This document shows positions 39,496 through 50,006 of a stretch of 64,000 nt of DNA, in pieces; the first letter of the stretch is position 1; each line of letters begins with the position of its first letter. The position numbers were made by a program, and so were the translations under genes. The DNA is from Candidatus Atabeyarchaeum deiterrae (GTDB lineage Archaea; Asgardarchaeota; Atabeyarchaeia; Atabeyarchaeales; Atabeyarchaeaceae), in NCBI GenBank assembly GCA_037310415.1, contig CP147780.1, positions 192,001 to 256,000 on the forward strand, given 5' to 3'. The notes under the pieces were generated by a model. That model was not told where the DNA came from. It made no database searches and was given only the letters and a program-made list of their open reading frames with translations.

Positions 39496-40455
39496 TCAAA
39501 TTGGACACTTAATTCCCGACTTTGGATCCGTCATCTTCTTGTTTTTCAGAGCCCATACAAGGTTCTTGGTGTTGTGTGCCAAGCCGTAATTGTAGTTCTT
39601 GTCAATTGTTATTATTCCCATGTCAAGTCCCTGTTGTCTGCTATTCACTAGATCGATGCAGCGTCTTGCAGAGTCCTGGGCGTTTGATCCTTCTTCAATG
39701 TACTGGCACGCAGTTTTGGCTAGGCAGAGTCTAACCGCAACTTCCCCTATTCCCGTGCAGCTAGCTGCTGAGTTCATGTCAGCGTAATTCCCGCCGCCGA
39801 TTATTGGAGTGTCTCCAATTCTGCCTGGTAGCTTGAGCATCAATCCGCCAGTCGAGGTAGCAGCGGCAGTGTTTCCATCGGAATCAATGGCTAGAGCTCC
39901 AACGGTTTCGCCGAGGTCGGGAAACAACTTCATGAGATCCATCGTTTTTGGAAGATAATCTAGTCTCCCCTCATGGAATTTCTTCTTAGCTTCCTTCCAC
40001 ATCTCGACACGTTCAGCTGTTCTTGGGTCACAGCGTTCGAGTCCGAATTTCTCGGCTATTCTCTCCGCAGAGGTACCAGCGACGAACACATGGTCCGTCT
40101 TCTCCATGATGGCTCTAGCCAGAGAAACTGGGTGGCGGACATTTGAAATCATGGCAACAGCCCCTGCGTCAAGAGACTTGCCATCAGAAATAGATGCGTC
40201 CATCTCAATGGTACCTTTGATTGTCAAGACGGATCCTGTACCTGCGTTGAAGCTAGGGTTATCCTCCATGATTCCCACGCATTCTTCAACAGCATCTAGT
40301 GCGCTTCCTTGCCGCTCTAGTATTGAAGAGGCTCCGTTGACAGCTTCGCTTACGCCTTTCTCCACAATCTTCTCCCTTCCGGATCTAACTTCGCCAGCTC
40401 CGCCGTGAGCAACGATCAGATAGTTGTGCAATAGCATAAACTTCACCAAACACAT
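39496..40455 (-). CDS. Isoaspartyl peptidase/L-asparaginase (Ntn hydrolase)
   Basis: HGGAG, FNAG.GS, ETVGA, TSTGG, GRIGDTP and TGIGE motifs. Confidence 0.92.
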   Translation of the reverse strand: MCLVKFMLLHNYLIVAHGGAGEVRSGREKIVEKGVSEAVNGASSILERQGSALDAVEECVGIMEDNPSFNAGTGSVLTIKGTIEMDASISDGKSLDAGAVAMISNVRHPVSLARAIMEKTDHVFVAGTSAERIAEKFGLERCDPRTAERVEMWKEAKKKFHEGRLDYLPKTMDLMKLFPDLGETVGALAIDSDGNTAAATSTGGLMLKLPGRIGDTPIIGGGNYADMNSAASCTGIGEVAVRLCLAKTACQYIEEGSNAQDSARRCIDLVNSRQQGLDMGIITIDKNYNYGLAHNTKNLVWALKNKKMTDPKSGIKCPI

Positions 40456-40778
40456 ATTGATTACGATTAGTTGGAACTGGGAACTTCCTCCCTTTAATCT
40501 TTTTACGAGGGGAAAACCTCAGACAAGAATCATTGGACCCGCCAACATAACGGCAAGAAAGAGATTGTAGAAAGATGCGACTCTAGCATATTCTGAACCT
40601 GGTATGTGCTATTTATTTACGGGTTTTTGTGATTTGCATTCGATTAGCAAGAGAAAAAACGTAAAAAGAGAACCCTCAAAGTATGATAATGTGATGACCC
40701 AAAAGATACTATCATCACTCGTTAATTCAAAGCAGTACACGTCGTTTTGAACTATACCTTGACTTATGGTGTACAACC

Positions 40779-42566
40779 ATGCCGCGAGTTGTCATATTGA
40801 ATAGGGACAGATGCAAGTCGAAGGACTGCGGAAGACCTTGTATCAAGTACTGCCCCAGAGTCAGAGCAGGAGATGAAACAATAGTCATCAATCCTGGCGA
40901 GGAGTATCCCTATATCGCCGAGAACCTCTGCTCGGGAGAAGGTATCTGCGTCAAGAAATGTCCTTTTGGAGCCCTCAGAGTAGTGAATACACCCGAAACG
41001 GTGGAAGGGGAGCTGATCCACCGCTATGGACCCAATATGTTTGAGCTTTATCGGCTTCCGATTCCACGGGCTGGAAAAGTCACGGGATTGGTCGGTCCGA
41101 ATGGGGCAGGGAAGACTACAGCGCTAAGGATCCTAGCAGGTGAAATCAAGCCGAATCTGGGTAAATACAACAATCCGCCAGATTGGTCGGAGATAATAAG
41201 GTTCTATCGCGGCTCCGAATTGCAGGGATACTTTGAGAAAATGGAAGCGGGAAAACTCAAAGTCATACATAAACCTCAGTATATCACGAAGTTGCCCAAT
41301 GTTGTGAAAGGCGAAGTTAAGCAACTCCTTCAGAAAGCAGACGAGAGAGGAGTATCCAAGGAGTTGATGAAAGAGCTGGGATTAACAAACGTCGCGGACA
41401 GAGATATTAGCGTCTTGTCTGGGGGAGAACTCCAACGAGTGGCCGTTGCCGCAACTCTGGAAAGAGATTTTGACGTATATCTTCTTGATGAGCCCAGCAG
41501 CTACCTTGACGTTAAGGAACGCATAATCGTAGCAAAGACAATTCGAAGCGTAGCGGAATTAGGGAAAACGGTTGTTACCGTCGAACATGATCTTGCCATG
41601 CTTGATCTTCTCTCCGACTACGTGTGCATGTTCTATGGAGAACCAGGTGCTTTCGGAGTGATCTCGCATCCATATGGGGTGCGTGAAGGAATCAACGCCT
41701 ATCTTGATGGATTCATCACAGATGAAAACGTAAGATTCAGAACCGAGTCCGTGAGGTTCGATGTCCGACCTGCTCCAGTTGGGACAACCAACGTCGAAGA
41801 CATCATTCTGAAATTCGAACCCATGACTAAGAAACTGGGAGATTTTACGCTTTCAACACAGGCGGGAGATGTAAGAAAGGGAGAAACTATAGGAATCCTT
41901 GGACCAAATGGAATAGGCAAAACAACTTTCGTAAAGTTGCTGGCGTGCATGGTGGAGCCAGACGAGGGTATTTCGCCGCCTGCAAAGATCAAAGTCTCCT
42001 ACAAGCCTCAGTATCTAAGCGCAGACTTCGATGGGACAGTGATGGATCTGCTGAAAAGCGCAGCTGGGAAAAACTTCTCAGCAGGAGCATACGATTCAGA
42101 GGTAATTCAACCCCTTGAACTCAGACCACTGCTTGATCGAATGATCAAAGAACTCTCAGGCGGAGAACTTCAAAAAGTAGCAATAGCAGCGTGTCTATCA
42201 AGAGAGGCAGATCTATATCTCCTTGACGAACCAAGCGCTTACATCGATGCCGAATCAAGACTCGCAGTTGCCAAGATGATTAGAAGAAATGTAGAGAAGC
42301 GGGGCAATGCCGCATTCGTAGTTGAACATGACATCATGATCGTTGATTGGATCAGTGATCGTCTGATGGTTTTTGCCGGTGAGCCTAGTATAAGGGGGGT
42401 AGCCTCCGCTCCTATGGATTTGAGAACAGGGATGAACATGTTCCTTCGTGAGCTTGGCATAACTTATCGACGTGACATCCATTCAGGTAGACCAAGAGTA
42501 AACAAAGAGAATTCGCGACTTGATACGGAACAGAAAGCGAAAGGAGAATACTACTACGTTGCTTGA
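40779..42566 (+). CDS. rli1: ABCE1/Rli1 ribosome recycling ATPase
   Basis: N-terminal FeS Cys domain, two ABC NBDs with LSGGELQ, C-terminal GRPRVNK..GEYYY. Confidence 0.96.
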   Translation: MPRVVILNRDRCKSKDCGRPCIKYCPRVRAGDETIVINPGEEYPYIAENLCSGEGICVKKCPFGALRVVNTPETVEGELIHRYGPNMFELYRLPIPRAGKVTGLVGPNGAGKTTALRILAGEIKPNLGKYNNPPDWSEIIRFYRGSELQGYFEKMEAGKLKVIHKPQYITKLPNVVKGEVKQLLQKADERGVSKELMKELGLTNVADRDISVLSGGELQRVAVAATLERDFDVYLLDEPSSYLDVKERIIVAKTIRSVAELGKTVVTVEHDLAMLDLLSDYVCMFYGEPGAFGVISHPYGVREGINAYLDGFITDENVRFRTESVRFDVRPAPVGTTNVEDIILKFEPMTKKLGDFTLSTQAGDVRKGETIGILGPNGIGKTTFVKLLACMVEPDEGISPPAKIKVSYKPQYLSADFDGTVMDLLKSAAGKNFSAGAYDSEVIQPLELRPLLDRMIKELSGGELQKVAIAACLSREADLYLLDEPSAYIDAESRLAVAKMIRRNVEKRGNAAFVVEHDIMIVDWISDRLMVFAGEPSIRGVASAPMDLRTGMNMFLRELGITYRRDIHSGRPRVNKENSRLDTEQKAKGEYYYVA

Positions 42567-42771
42567 CTCCAGAATCAAATAACGGGCAGGGCAACCAAAA
42601 GATAATACCTCAATGTCTCGTTTTCCTGCTATGTTTGCCCATGGTGATTCATTGATCGAAATTCCCTTCCCTATTTTCAGATGAGGGTGTTTTACAGCTA
42701 GAAAACATTATATAAACCTTGAATCTACCGAGTAAATTGAGGTTGACAAGAGTCGGAGGAGAAGTAAAAAT

Positions 42772-43875
42772 TTGGCTGATAAAACAACAGTTTCAATAAT
42801 TAAGGCTGACATCGGCTCCTTAGCTGGACATCACATCGTGCATCAAGATTGTATGGATATGGCTTCAGAGGCCTTGGAGAAAGCTAAGAAAGATGAAGTC
42901 ATCGTTGATTATCGCGTAACACATTGCGGTGATGACCTTGAGCTAATCATGTCGCATAAGAAGGGAGAGGATAGCACAGAGATTCATGAACTTGCATGGA
43001 ACACCTTCAAAGGAGCAGCGGAGGTAGCAAAAGAACTCAAACTCTATGCTGCTGGACAGGATCTCCTCAAAGACACATTCTCAGGCAATGTGAAGGGAAT
43101 GGGTCCGGGGGTTGCAGAAATGGAATTCGAGGAGAGAATAAGTGAGCCTGTTGTAGCGCTGCTTGCCGACAAAACCGCTCCTGGAGCTTTCAACTTGCCG
43201 CTTTTCAGGATATTTGCCGATCCGTTTTGCACAGCGGGCTTGATAATCGATCCAGAAATGCATGGAGGATTCAGCTTCGAAATAATGGATGTGAGGGAAA
43301 ACAAGGTGATCACCCTCAAGACTCCAGATGAGAATTATGACCTGTTGGCTTTGATTGGAACAACCGGACGATATATAATAAGGAGGATTCTCAGAACTAG
43401 TGACAACTTCTTCGCAGCTGCAGTAAGCACAACACGGTTATCGCTTATCGCAGGCAAATATGTTGGAAAGGATGACCCTGTCGCGCTTGTTAGAGCACAA
43501 CATGGACTTCCAGCGGTGGGTGAGATACTTGAAGCTTTTGCGTTCCCACATTTGGTGACAGGTTGGATGAGAGGAAGTCACTATGGCCCCTTAATGCCAG
43601 TCGGACTGAACAACGCTAAGTGCACAAGATTTGATGGACCGCCACGCATGGTAGCACTGGGGTTCCAAGTCAACAATGCTAGTCTGGTCGGTCCAGCAGA
43701 TCTCTTCGACGACTGTGCCTTTGACAGAGCAAGATCGATGGCAAATGAAATAGCGGATTACATGAAGCGACATGGACCATTTGAGCCAGGGAGACTTGAG
43801 ATGGAGGAAGTTGAGTACACTGGGATACAGAAAGTTCTCCAAGACCTCAAACCAAGATTCAAGCCAGTAGAGTGA
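42772..43875 (+). CDS. fbp: Fructose-1,6-bisphosphate aldolase/phosphatase
   Basis: KADIGS..GH, GDDL, QDLL..FSGNVKG.GPG, YVGKDDP and GWMRGSH motifs. Confidence 0.95.
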   Translation: MADKTTVSIIKADIGSLAGHHIVHQDCMDMASEALEKAKKDEVIVDYRVTHCGDDLELIMSHKKGEDSTEIHELAWNTFKGAAEVAKELKLYAAGQDLLKDTFSGNVKGMGPGVAEMEFEERISEPVVALLADKTAPGAFNLPLFRIFADPFCTAGLIIDPEMHGGFSFEIMDVRENKVITLKTPDENYDLLALIGTTGRYIIRRILRTSDNFFAAAVSTTRLSLIAGKYVGKDDPVALVRAQHGLPAVGEILEAFAFPHLVTGWMRGSHYGPLMPVGLNNAKCTRFDGPPRMVALGFQVNNASLVGPADLFDDCAFDRARSMANEIADYMKRHGPFEPGRLEMEEVEYTGIQKVLQDLKPRFKPVE

Positions 43876-43988
43876 AAGCCAACGAGTCGATAGCCTCAAA
43901 GTAGTCGACCATCATTCATATATAACAATTCATTCATCTGATAAGACAATACCCTGCAACGCCACGAATAAGGAGGAACTGATAATCC

Positions 43989-44462
43989 GTGTGTCCTCTA
44001 AGAGGTAAGAAGAAGAAGGCAAAGAAGGAGGAAGAAGAAGAGGAGCAGCTGGAAGAAGAGAAGATTGAACTCCCACCACCACCTCTGCCAACGCCTGTAG
44101 AATGGCTAAGCGGGTTGACTAGCTCAAGCGAAGTGCAAAGCGACCTTCCGTTACTACCAGATGTTGACATGCAGTTCCAAGTGGGCAGCCACCTGGTCAG
44201 GTTCGTGAAGAAGGGACTCGAGAAACCCATGATAAGTGAAGAGAGAAGTCTCAGACCAGATGCTATCATTATGGTCTCAGAAAAAGCTTGGAGACAACTG
44301 CTCAAAGCGCACGACCTTGACGACTTCCTAAATCAGTATAGAAAGTATTCTAGAAACCCTGCACCCGAGGAATACATAAAGGTTCAGATCAATAAGGAGA
44401 AATTGCTTTCAGATCGAGGAATTCTGCGGTCGAGGCTCTTCAAAGGTCTCTTGGCAAGCTGA
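43989..44462 (+). CDS. Hypothetical protein (charged/Pro-rich N-terminus, possible SCP2-like domain)
   Basis: K/E runs, poly-Pro, then a globular alpha/beta segment. Confidence 0.5.
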   Translation: MCPLRGKKKKAKKEEEEEEQLEEEKIELPPPPLPTPVEWLSGLTSSSEVQSDLPLLPDVDMQFQVGSHLVRFVKKGLEKPMISEERSLRPDAIIMVSEKAWRQLLKAHDLDDFLNQYRKYSRNPAPEEYIKVQINKEKLLSDRGILRSRLFKGLLAS

Positions 44463-44533
44463 GTGAATACCAGTTGATATGTATTCAACTTCTTTTTCTT
44501 GCACTATAAGCGCAGTTAGGGGGATCAACTTTT

Positions 44534-45220
44534 TTGACGCGAATTGAGAAGCCAATGATTATACTGAATTTCAAGTGCTATGGTGAGTCGATCGGATCAA
44601 ATGCCGTGAAGCTCGCGAAGATCAGCAAGAAAGTGAGTGAGGATACTGGAATGACCATCATCGTTGCCCCGACATTCATCGACATCGAGAGAGTTGTCTC
44701 GGAGGTTTCGATACCCGTTTTCTCTCAACACATTGATTCAGTTGAGTTAGGTAGTCATACTGGGTATATCCCTCCTGAAGCTGTGAAGGAAGCCGGAGCG
44801 GTGGGTTCGTTAGTGAATCATTCGGAGAGGAGGCTCCTCCTTGCTGATGTAGACGCTTGCATTTCCAGGGCGAAAAGCGTGGGCCTTCAGACTTGTATTT
44901 GCTCAAATAACGCTTCTGTGAGCGCGGCAGCGGCCACTTTGAATCCAACAATAGTTGCTGTTGAGCCGCCAGAGTTAATCGGCTCTGGCAGATCTGTGTC
45001 GAAAACCAAACCTGAGGTTGTCACCAGTACGGTTGACTTGATCCGCAAGGTCAATGATGAGGTCATAATACTGTGTGGCGCTGGGATAGCTACGGCTGAA
45101 GATGCCCGCGCAGCGATCAAGTTGGGTACAGAAGGGATTCTTCTGGCTTCAGCCTTCACGAAAGCTGCAGATCCGCAGAAGGTTCTTTACGAACTTGTCG
45201 ACGGCCTGAACAAACGATAG
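44534..45220 (+). CDS. tpiA: Triosephosphate isomerase (archaeal type)
   Basis: NFK, QHID, NHSE, AVEPPELIG and CGAGI motifs. Confidence 0.95.
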   Translation: MTRIEKPMIILNFKCYGESIGSNAVKLAKISKKVSEDTGMTIIVAPTFIDIERVVSEVSIPVFSQHIDSVELGSHTGYIPPEAVKEAGAVGSLVNHSERRLLLADVDACISRAKSVGLQTCICSNNASVSAAAATLNPTIVAVEPPELIGSGRSVSKTKPEVVTSTVDLIRKVNDEVIILCGAGIATAEDARAAIKLGTEGILLASAFTKAADPQKVLYELVDGLNKR

Positions 45221-45252
45221 AGACAGCGAAATGGGGAACGAGTGACTTTCAA

Positions 45253-46143
45253 TTGAAAGTTAAAAGGATATGCGCTGCCTGTATGTTGCACCGTGGAATC
45301 AAGGAAATTGAACTTGCAACTTCGGATCCCGAGATCGGGATACGCACCATTAGAAAACTACTCGGTTTTCTTTCAGAGAACTTTTCATCTGACGCTGTTT
45401 CTGCAATCCTTGGGACTAAGAGAGATCGTCTAATAAGAAAGGAAACATGCTGCGATGACCCTTACGAAGAGAAGAAAAAAATCTCAAATGATTACGCTCT
45501 GGAATTGCTTCCGAGCATAAGGAGAATTCTGAAAGGGGAGCAAGAGGGCTACAGTAGGTTCAGAAAGGCTTGCCTAGTGGCTATAGTTGCAAACTCCATC
45601 GAGTTTGACATGCTTGAACATGACCAGAAGTTTGAGAACTTTCCAGATCTAATTGCCAAAGCTGAGCAAGATCTGGAAATCGATGACATTCAGAGCATCT
45701 ACTCAATGGTCAAGGACGCGAAGAGGATACTCTACCTCACTGACAATGCCGGAGAGATTGTAATAGACGGTCTTCTTATTGAAGAGATAAAGAAACTCGG
45801 GCCAAACATTGTAGCGGCTGTGAAAGAAGGACCCGTCCTGAACGATGCCCTGATGAAGGATGCAGTCATAGCCAAAATACCACAGATAGCAGATCGAGTG
45901 ATCACAACTGGTACTGACTCAGTTGGACTCATAATCTCCGAGTCATCAAAGGAGCTAAAAAGATATCTTGAAGAATCAGATCTGATAATATCCAAAGGAA
46001 TGGGGAACTACGAAACAATAAGCGAAGAGAACTTATCCAGCAAGTGCATCGCCTATCTTCTTAGAGCAAAGTGTAGCGCAGTTGCAGAAGATCTAGGTGT
46101 CAAGCACGGTTCCAACGTAGCAAAACTGCACTGCTGGAAATAG
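45253..46143 (+). CDS. ARMT1/DUF89 damage-control phosphatase
   Basis: C..C, DPY..KK..N, N.I(E)F, DNAGE, NDA and KGMGNYE motifs. Confidence 0.9.
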   Translation: MKVKRICAACMLHRGIKEIELATSDPEIGIRTIRKLLGFLSENFSSDAVSAILGTKRDRLIRKETCCDDPYEEKKKISNDYALELLPSIRRILKGEQEGYSRFRKACLVAIVANSIEFDMLEHDQKFENFPDLIAKAEQDLEIDDIQSIYSMVKDAKRILYLTDNAGEIVIDGLLIEEIKKLGPNIVAAVKEGPVLNDALMKDAVIAKIPQIADRVITTGTDSVGLIISESSKELKRYLEESDLIISKGMGNYETISEENLSSKCIAYLLRAKCSAVAEDLGVKHGSNVAKLHCWK

Positions 46144-46180
46144 AGAACAGGATGACCTTTTCTTGAGCCATAGGGAATCC

Positions 46181-49100
46181 TCAATACTCTGGCGGGGCAC
46201 CCTCTGTCAATCTGACCCTTGTTCTGCGCTGAATGATTAGTATGATCATCACGGGAACAGCGACAGAAATTAACAGCACTGTGAAAATCATCAACACCGG
46301 GGTTTCCACTCGCGGCACAACCCAGACGTAGGCATAGTCTAATGAGTACGCTCCATCTGAATCCACGAGCAGAAGGAAAAGAGCATAAAGACTAGATGGA
46401 AAAGCCAGTTCCGTATTCGAAGCCAGAGTATAGACGTAAGTAGAAGACGGAATCGTCAACGTTCCCCTAAAGCCCTGCGAAGTATTATCATACTGCAGTG
46501 CAGATAGGACGACCTCCGAGTATAGGAAACCAGGTGCATAGTAAAGGTAAGGATCTATCAATATTGCATACGCTTTCATCGTACTCCTGGCTCCTGCGCC
46601 ATCATCTTCAACATCAGTACCGTTAACAACGACTGATATAGTGTCTCCCAGTCTGACAGACAGGATACTCGAGGGAGGCAGCGCCGTGAGCGGCTGTGAA
46701 TTAATCGTTGAGGTCACATTACTAAGTTGTGGGTCTATGCTCGCAACCATGATCATATTCACTTCGTTGAAGATCGATGAATGATTCCCGCTGGTTGCTG
46801 AAATCCAGTACATGTAAACGTCGGTGCTGTTGTTCGGGGTGGGCATGTATTTTGCATAGTAAGTTGTCGCGCTTGTTGGTGTCGTCTTCAGAGTAACGTA
46901 TGTGATGGTCTTGCTGTTTGGCAAGTAGAAGTTTGGATATCGCGTCAAGTATATGGTCACGTTTGAAATGCTTGATGTTGTGACAGTGAAGTTCACATAG
47001 TCCCCTCCATATCTCGTTATCATCGGCGCGCCACTTGGCAGAAGGCCTTGCAGGTATTGAGGGAGTGGATACGCGGGATTATGATAAGTTGCGAGAGCGA
47101 CATTCTGGATTTCCGGCGGGGAATTGACAACCTCGATCTCAAGAGTTCTTGCGATTTGTTGCCCGAGGTAGGTCATGTTGAAGTGGAAGGAGTAGAATCC
47201 TTCAGACTGAAGTGTTATGGACACGTTGTAATAGATCCCGCTAATATTCGTCAAACCAATGGGTATCCATGTTCCGTTGTAGGAAGTGCCTTCAACTTGT
47301 ATTGAATGGAGTAGCTGCCCAGAAGTTCTGTTGATTACCATTGCTCCGATCCCGAATGTCTCGCCACTCTTAACACGTGTTTTGGAGACAATGGTCTCAA
47401 TTGTCGCATTCTTCTTACTCAGCAGCCAGTTAACAATGTTCTCTATCAACTTTTTGTTGCCAGGAAATGAAGCGTCGTTCAACTGATCGTCCAGAGTGAA
47501 TTGGATGCTTCCAGAAGCAACTATTCTCCCACCATTTGGAACGTCGCATGCTGCCAACATGGGAGAGTAGTTCCATTCTTGAGGTGAAAATGCAAGCGAG
47601 TTCGCTTTGGATGTGTTAACTGAAAGACTTGAACCAAAATCGAAGAGGTAGCTGCCTACACCTGAGGTGATTGGATGAGTTGACAGATTTGATATAACAA
47701 CATCTGATGTTATTTGTTTCTCAATTGCCAGATCAATGTAATTTGCCACGTAGTCCGACATGTATCGAATGCCATAACGGGCTATTATCCCGTTCACGGC
47801 TTCTGTGACCATGTTAGGATAATGATCGCCCAGGATGAGCAGGGAACCATTGCCTTCAACAAACCTCTGGATTGCAGCTAATTCTTCTGAACCGAACATT
47901 ATTCTGGGATCTGGTAAAACCAGTATGTCATATTGACTTATCTTCGGGTAAGTTATCGGGCTATTGTCTTCGTAGACGCTATACCCGTGGGCAGTCAAGT
48001 CCGAGGCGAGTTTGTAGAGTGTGGATTTTGTAGAGTATGTAGAATCAGTATGAAATAGATCAAAGTACATGCGCCCCTTGGGGGCCGCAACGGTGAAACT
48101 CGTAGAGACGCTGCCAACCAATGCTCCAGAAGTTGTGTTTCTGAACAGAATCTGACCCATATACCGACCCAGACTTGCATTAACAGGTATTGAGACGTTT
48201 ACGTGTAGAGTTGAAAGACCTACTATGTTTGTGAAGCTTGAATTGCCAAGTCTAGTGAATTGTGTCGCATTTCCACCATTTAGAGAGACAGTCAGGTTTG
48301 TGGTGGAGGCGGCTAGCACGGACACCGCTACCTCAATCGAGTCGCCCAAGTACCCAACGAAGTAAGGCGGGTTTATCAACTGCGATGGGTAAAACATCAT
48401 GATCGGATAATGAGATCTAGAACCGAAGCGACTCAAATACTGGTAAGCGTTACCAACGTTGATCAGCCCTGAGCCAAAAGTGTTGACGTCAGAGCCAAGG
48501 CTCGTAGATGTATTCATCAACGCTATTCTGATTGTGGCGGCTATCTCAGCTTTGGTGGTTGTTGAATTGAGTGTGCTCAGAAGTGGAGAACTCAGTAGCA
48601 GAGCAACTGATCCTGAGACCAGTGGAGCTGCTGCACTTGTTCCACTTAGCGATACATAATCCCCAGTTGTTAAGCCGACGCGAGTCGCATAATAGAAGAT
48701 TGCTGAATCCGTTGATAACGTAGACACTATGTTAACGCCGGGCGCAAGAACATCGGGGTACGCTCGTCCATCTATCGTTGGTCCCCTACTGCTGAAGGAC
48801 GCTATGGAACTTGTTCCATCAGACGCTCCAACTGATATCGCAAGTCTCGCCGCCGCTGGAACGCCTCCAGTCGAGTAGCTTGGTCCTTCATTGCCTGCGG
48901 AGACCACAACGACTACCCCTTTTCTCACGGCGTTGTCAACTGCCAGACTTAAGGGGTCATCCGGGTCCGGTGATCCTCCGCCGAGCGATAGGTTGATCAC
49001 GTTGGCACTTTGATTAACAGACCATTCTACTGCTTTGATTATTCCAGCCGTAAATCCTTGACCGAACATATCGATGCATTTGGCGCTGATTAGACTTGCA

Positions 49101-49822
49101 CGCGGGGCAACCCCCTGATAATCTGGGGATATAACTCCAGCCCCCGCAACGATTCCAGCTACATAGGTTCCATGGCCAAAGTTGTCGGTAGTATCTTCGT
49201 CTTGGGTGTAGTTGTAGGCTGTCCGTACGAATGAAGCACTATCGATGACCTTGCCACTCAGATCAAGGTGACTTGAGTCGATACCGCTATCTGCAATCGC
49301 CACCTTTATACCCATTCCCCCGAACATGCTCCTTAGTGATGAAGCATTAATCGCGTCAATCCAGGGGGACCCAGGGGATCTCAAGTTCACAATGCCAGTG
49401 CTCTGGTACACTGGCTCGATTTTGATTTCCCTATTCAAGTAAATTGACTTGATTTCACCAACGGAGAAGAGCTCGCTGACTTTGTTTAGTGGAAGCTCAA
49501 CCAAAGCTGCCGGAATAATACTGAAAGTTGTGATTAGTTTACAGCCTGTGAGTCGCCTGATGCTCTCAAATGGCCTCGGATCAGATCCATCCTTGAGTAA
49601 AACTATTACCTGCACATTACTGCTTGTCGGATTGTTCAACAGTTCTTCCAGCTTGGGATCTATGCTGGGGAGTTGTTGCGGAATGTCAGCTGCGGGCACT
49701 ATATGCTGGCTAGGTCTTGCATTGAGTGGCGATATCAACATTGGCGGGGCGACGAAGATCGAGACCAAGAGTATAACAGCGGTTAAACGAACACAATATC
49801 TTATGTTGGCTCTACCTCTCAA
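46181..49822 (-). CDS. Membrane-anchored S8 subtilase with C-terminal GATase-like (DUF4350/GIFT) and Ig-like domains
   Basis: Signal peptide, I9-like propeptide, triad DSG/HGT/GTS, segment RMYFDLFH..YDILVLPDP..GSLLILGD, C-terminal TM. Confidence 0.88.
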   Translation of the reverse strand: MRGRANIRYCVRLTAVILLVSIFVAPPMLISPLNARPSQHIVPAADIPQQLPSIDPKLEELLNNPTSSNVQVIVLLKDGSDPRPFESIRRLTGCKLITTFSIIPAALVELPLNKVSELFSVGEIKSIYLNREIKIEPVYQSTGIVNLRSPGSPWIDAINASSLRSMFGGMGIKVAIADSGIDSSHLDLSGKVIDSASFVRTAYNYTQDEDTTDNFGHGTYVAGIVAGAGVISPDYQGVAPRASLISAKCIDMFGQGFTAGIIKAVEWSVNQSANVINLSLGGGSPDPDDPLSLAVDNAVRKGVVVVVSAGNEGPSYSTGGVPAAARLAISVGASDGTSSIASFSSRGPTIDGRAYPDVLAPGVNIVSTLSTDSAIFYYATRVGLTTGDYVSLSGTSAAAPLVSGSVALLLSSPLLSTLNSTTTKAEIAATIRIALMNTSTSLGSDVNTFGSGLINVGNAYQYLSRFGSRSHYPIMMFYPSQLINPPYFVGYLGDSIEVAVSVLAASTTNLTVSLNGGNATQFTRLGNSSFTNIVGLSTLHVNVSIPVNASLGRYMGQILFRNTTSGALVGSVSTSFTVAAPKGRMYFDLFHTDSTYSTKSTLYKLASDLTAHGYSVYEDNSPITYPKISQYDILVLPDPRIMFGSEELAAIQRFVEGNGSLLILGDHYPNMVTEAVNGIIARYGIRYMSDYVANYIDLAIEKQITSDVVISNLSTHPITSGVGSYLFDFGSSLSVNTSKANSLAFSPQEWNYSPMLAACDVPNGGRIVASGSIQFTLDDQLNDASFPGNKKLIENIVNWLLSKKNATIETIVSKTRVKSGETFGIGAMVINRTSGQLLHSIQVEGTSYNGTWIPIGLTNISGIYYNVSITLQSEGFYSFHFNMTYLGQQIARTLEIEVVNSPPEIQNVALATYHNPAYPLPQYLQGLLPSGAPMITRYGGDYVNFTVTTSSISNVTIYLTRYPNFYLPNSKTITYVTLKTTPTSATTYYAKYMPTPNNSTDVYMYWISATSGNHSSIFNEVNMIMVASIDPQLSNVTSTINSQPLTALPPSSILSVRLGDTISVVVNGTDVEDDGAGARSTMKAYAILIDPYLYYAPGFLYSEVVLSALQYDNTSQGFRGTLTIPSSTYVYTLASNTELAFPSSLYALFLLLVDSDGAYSLDYAYVWVVPRVETPVLMIFTVLLISVAVPVMIILIIQRRTRVRLTEGAPPEY

Positions 49823-50006
49823 AGTGCTCTCCCCGAGCCCTTACTCTTTGCTCCACAATTCGTTTATACAATCGGTACTATTCCTAATTAAGAGTTTCGT
49901 GTCGCTGAGACGCACAGCAGAGATCAAGACAAGACAGAATGAGACCGAGCGCAGCCAGATAGATCCAAAGGGTGGCACTCAGAGATCTTCAAGACATGCT
50001 GGCGTT

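Noticed and set aside
40691-40718. Inverted repeat GTGATGA-N14-TCATCAC upstream of rli1
   Set aside because: A single 7-bp arm pair, which cannot be distinguished from chance.
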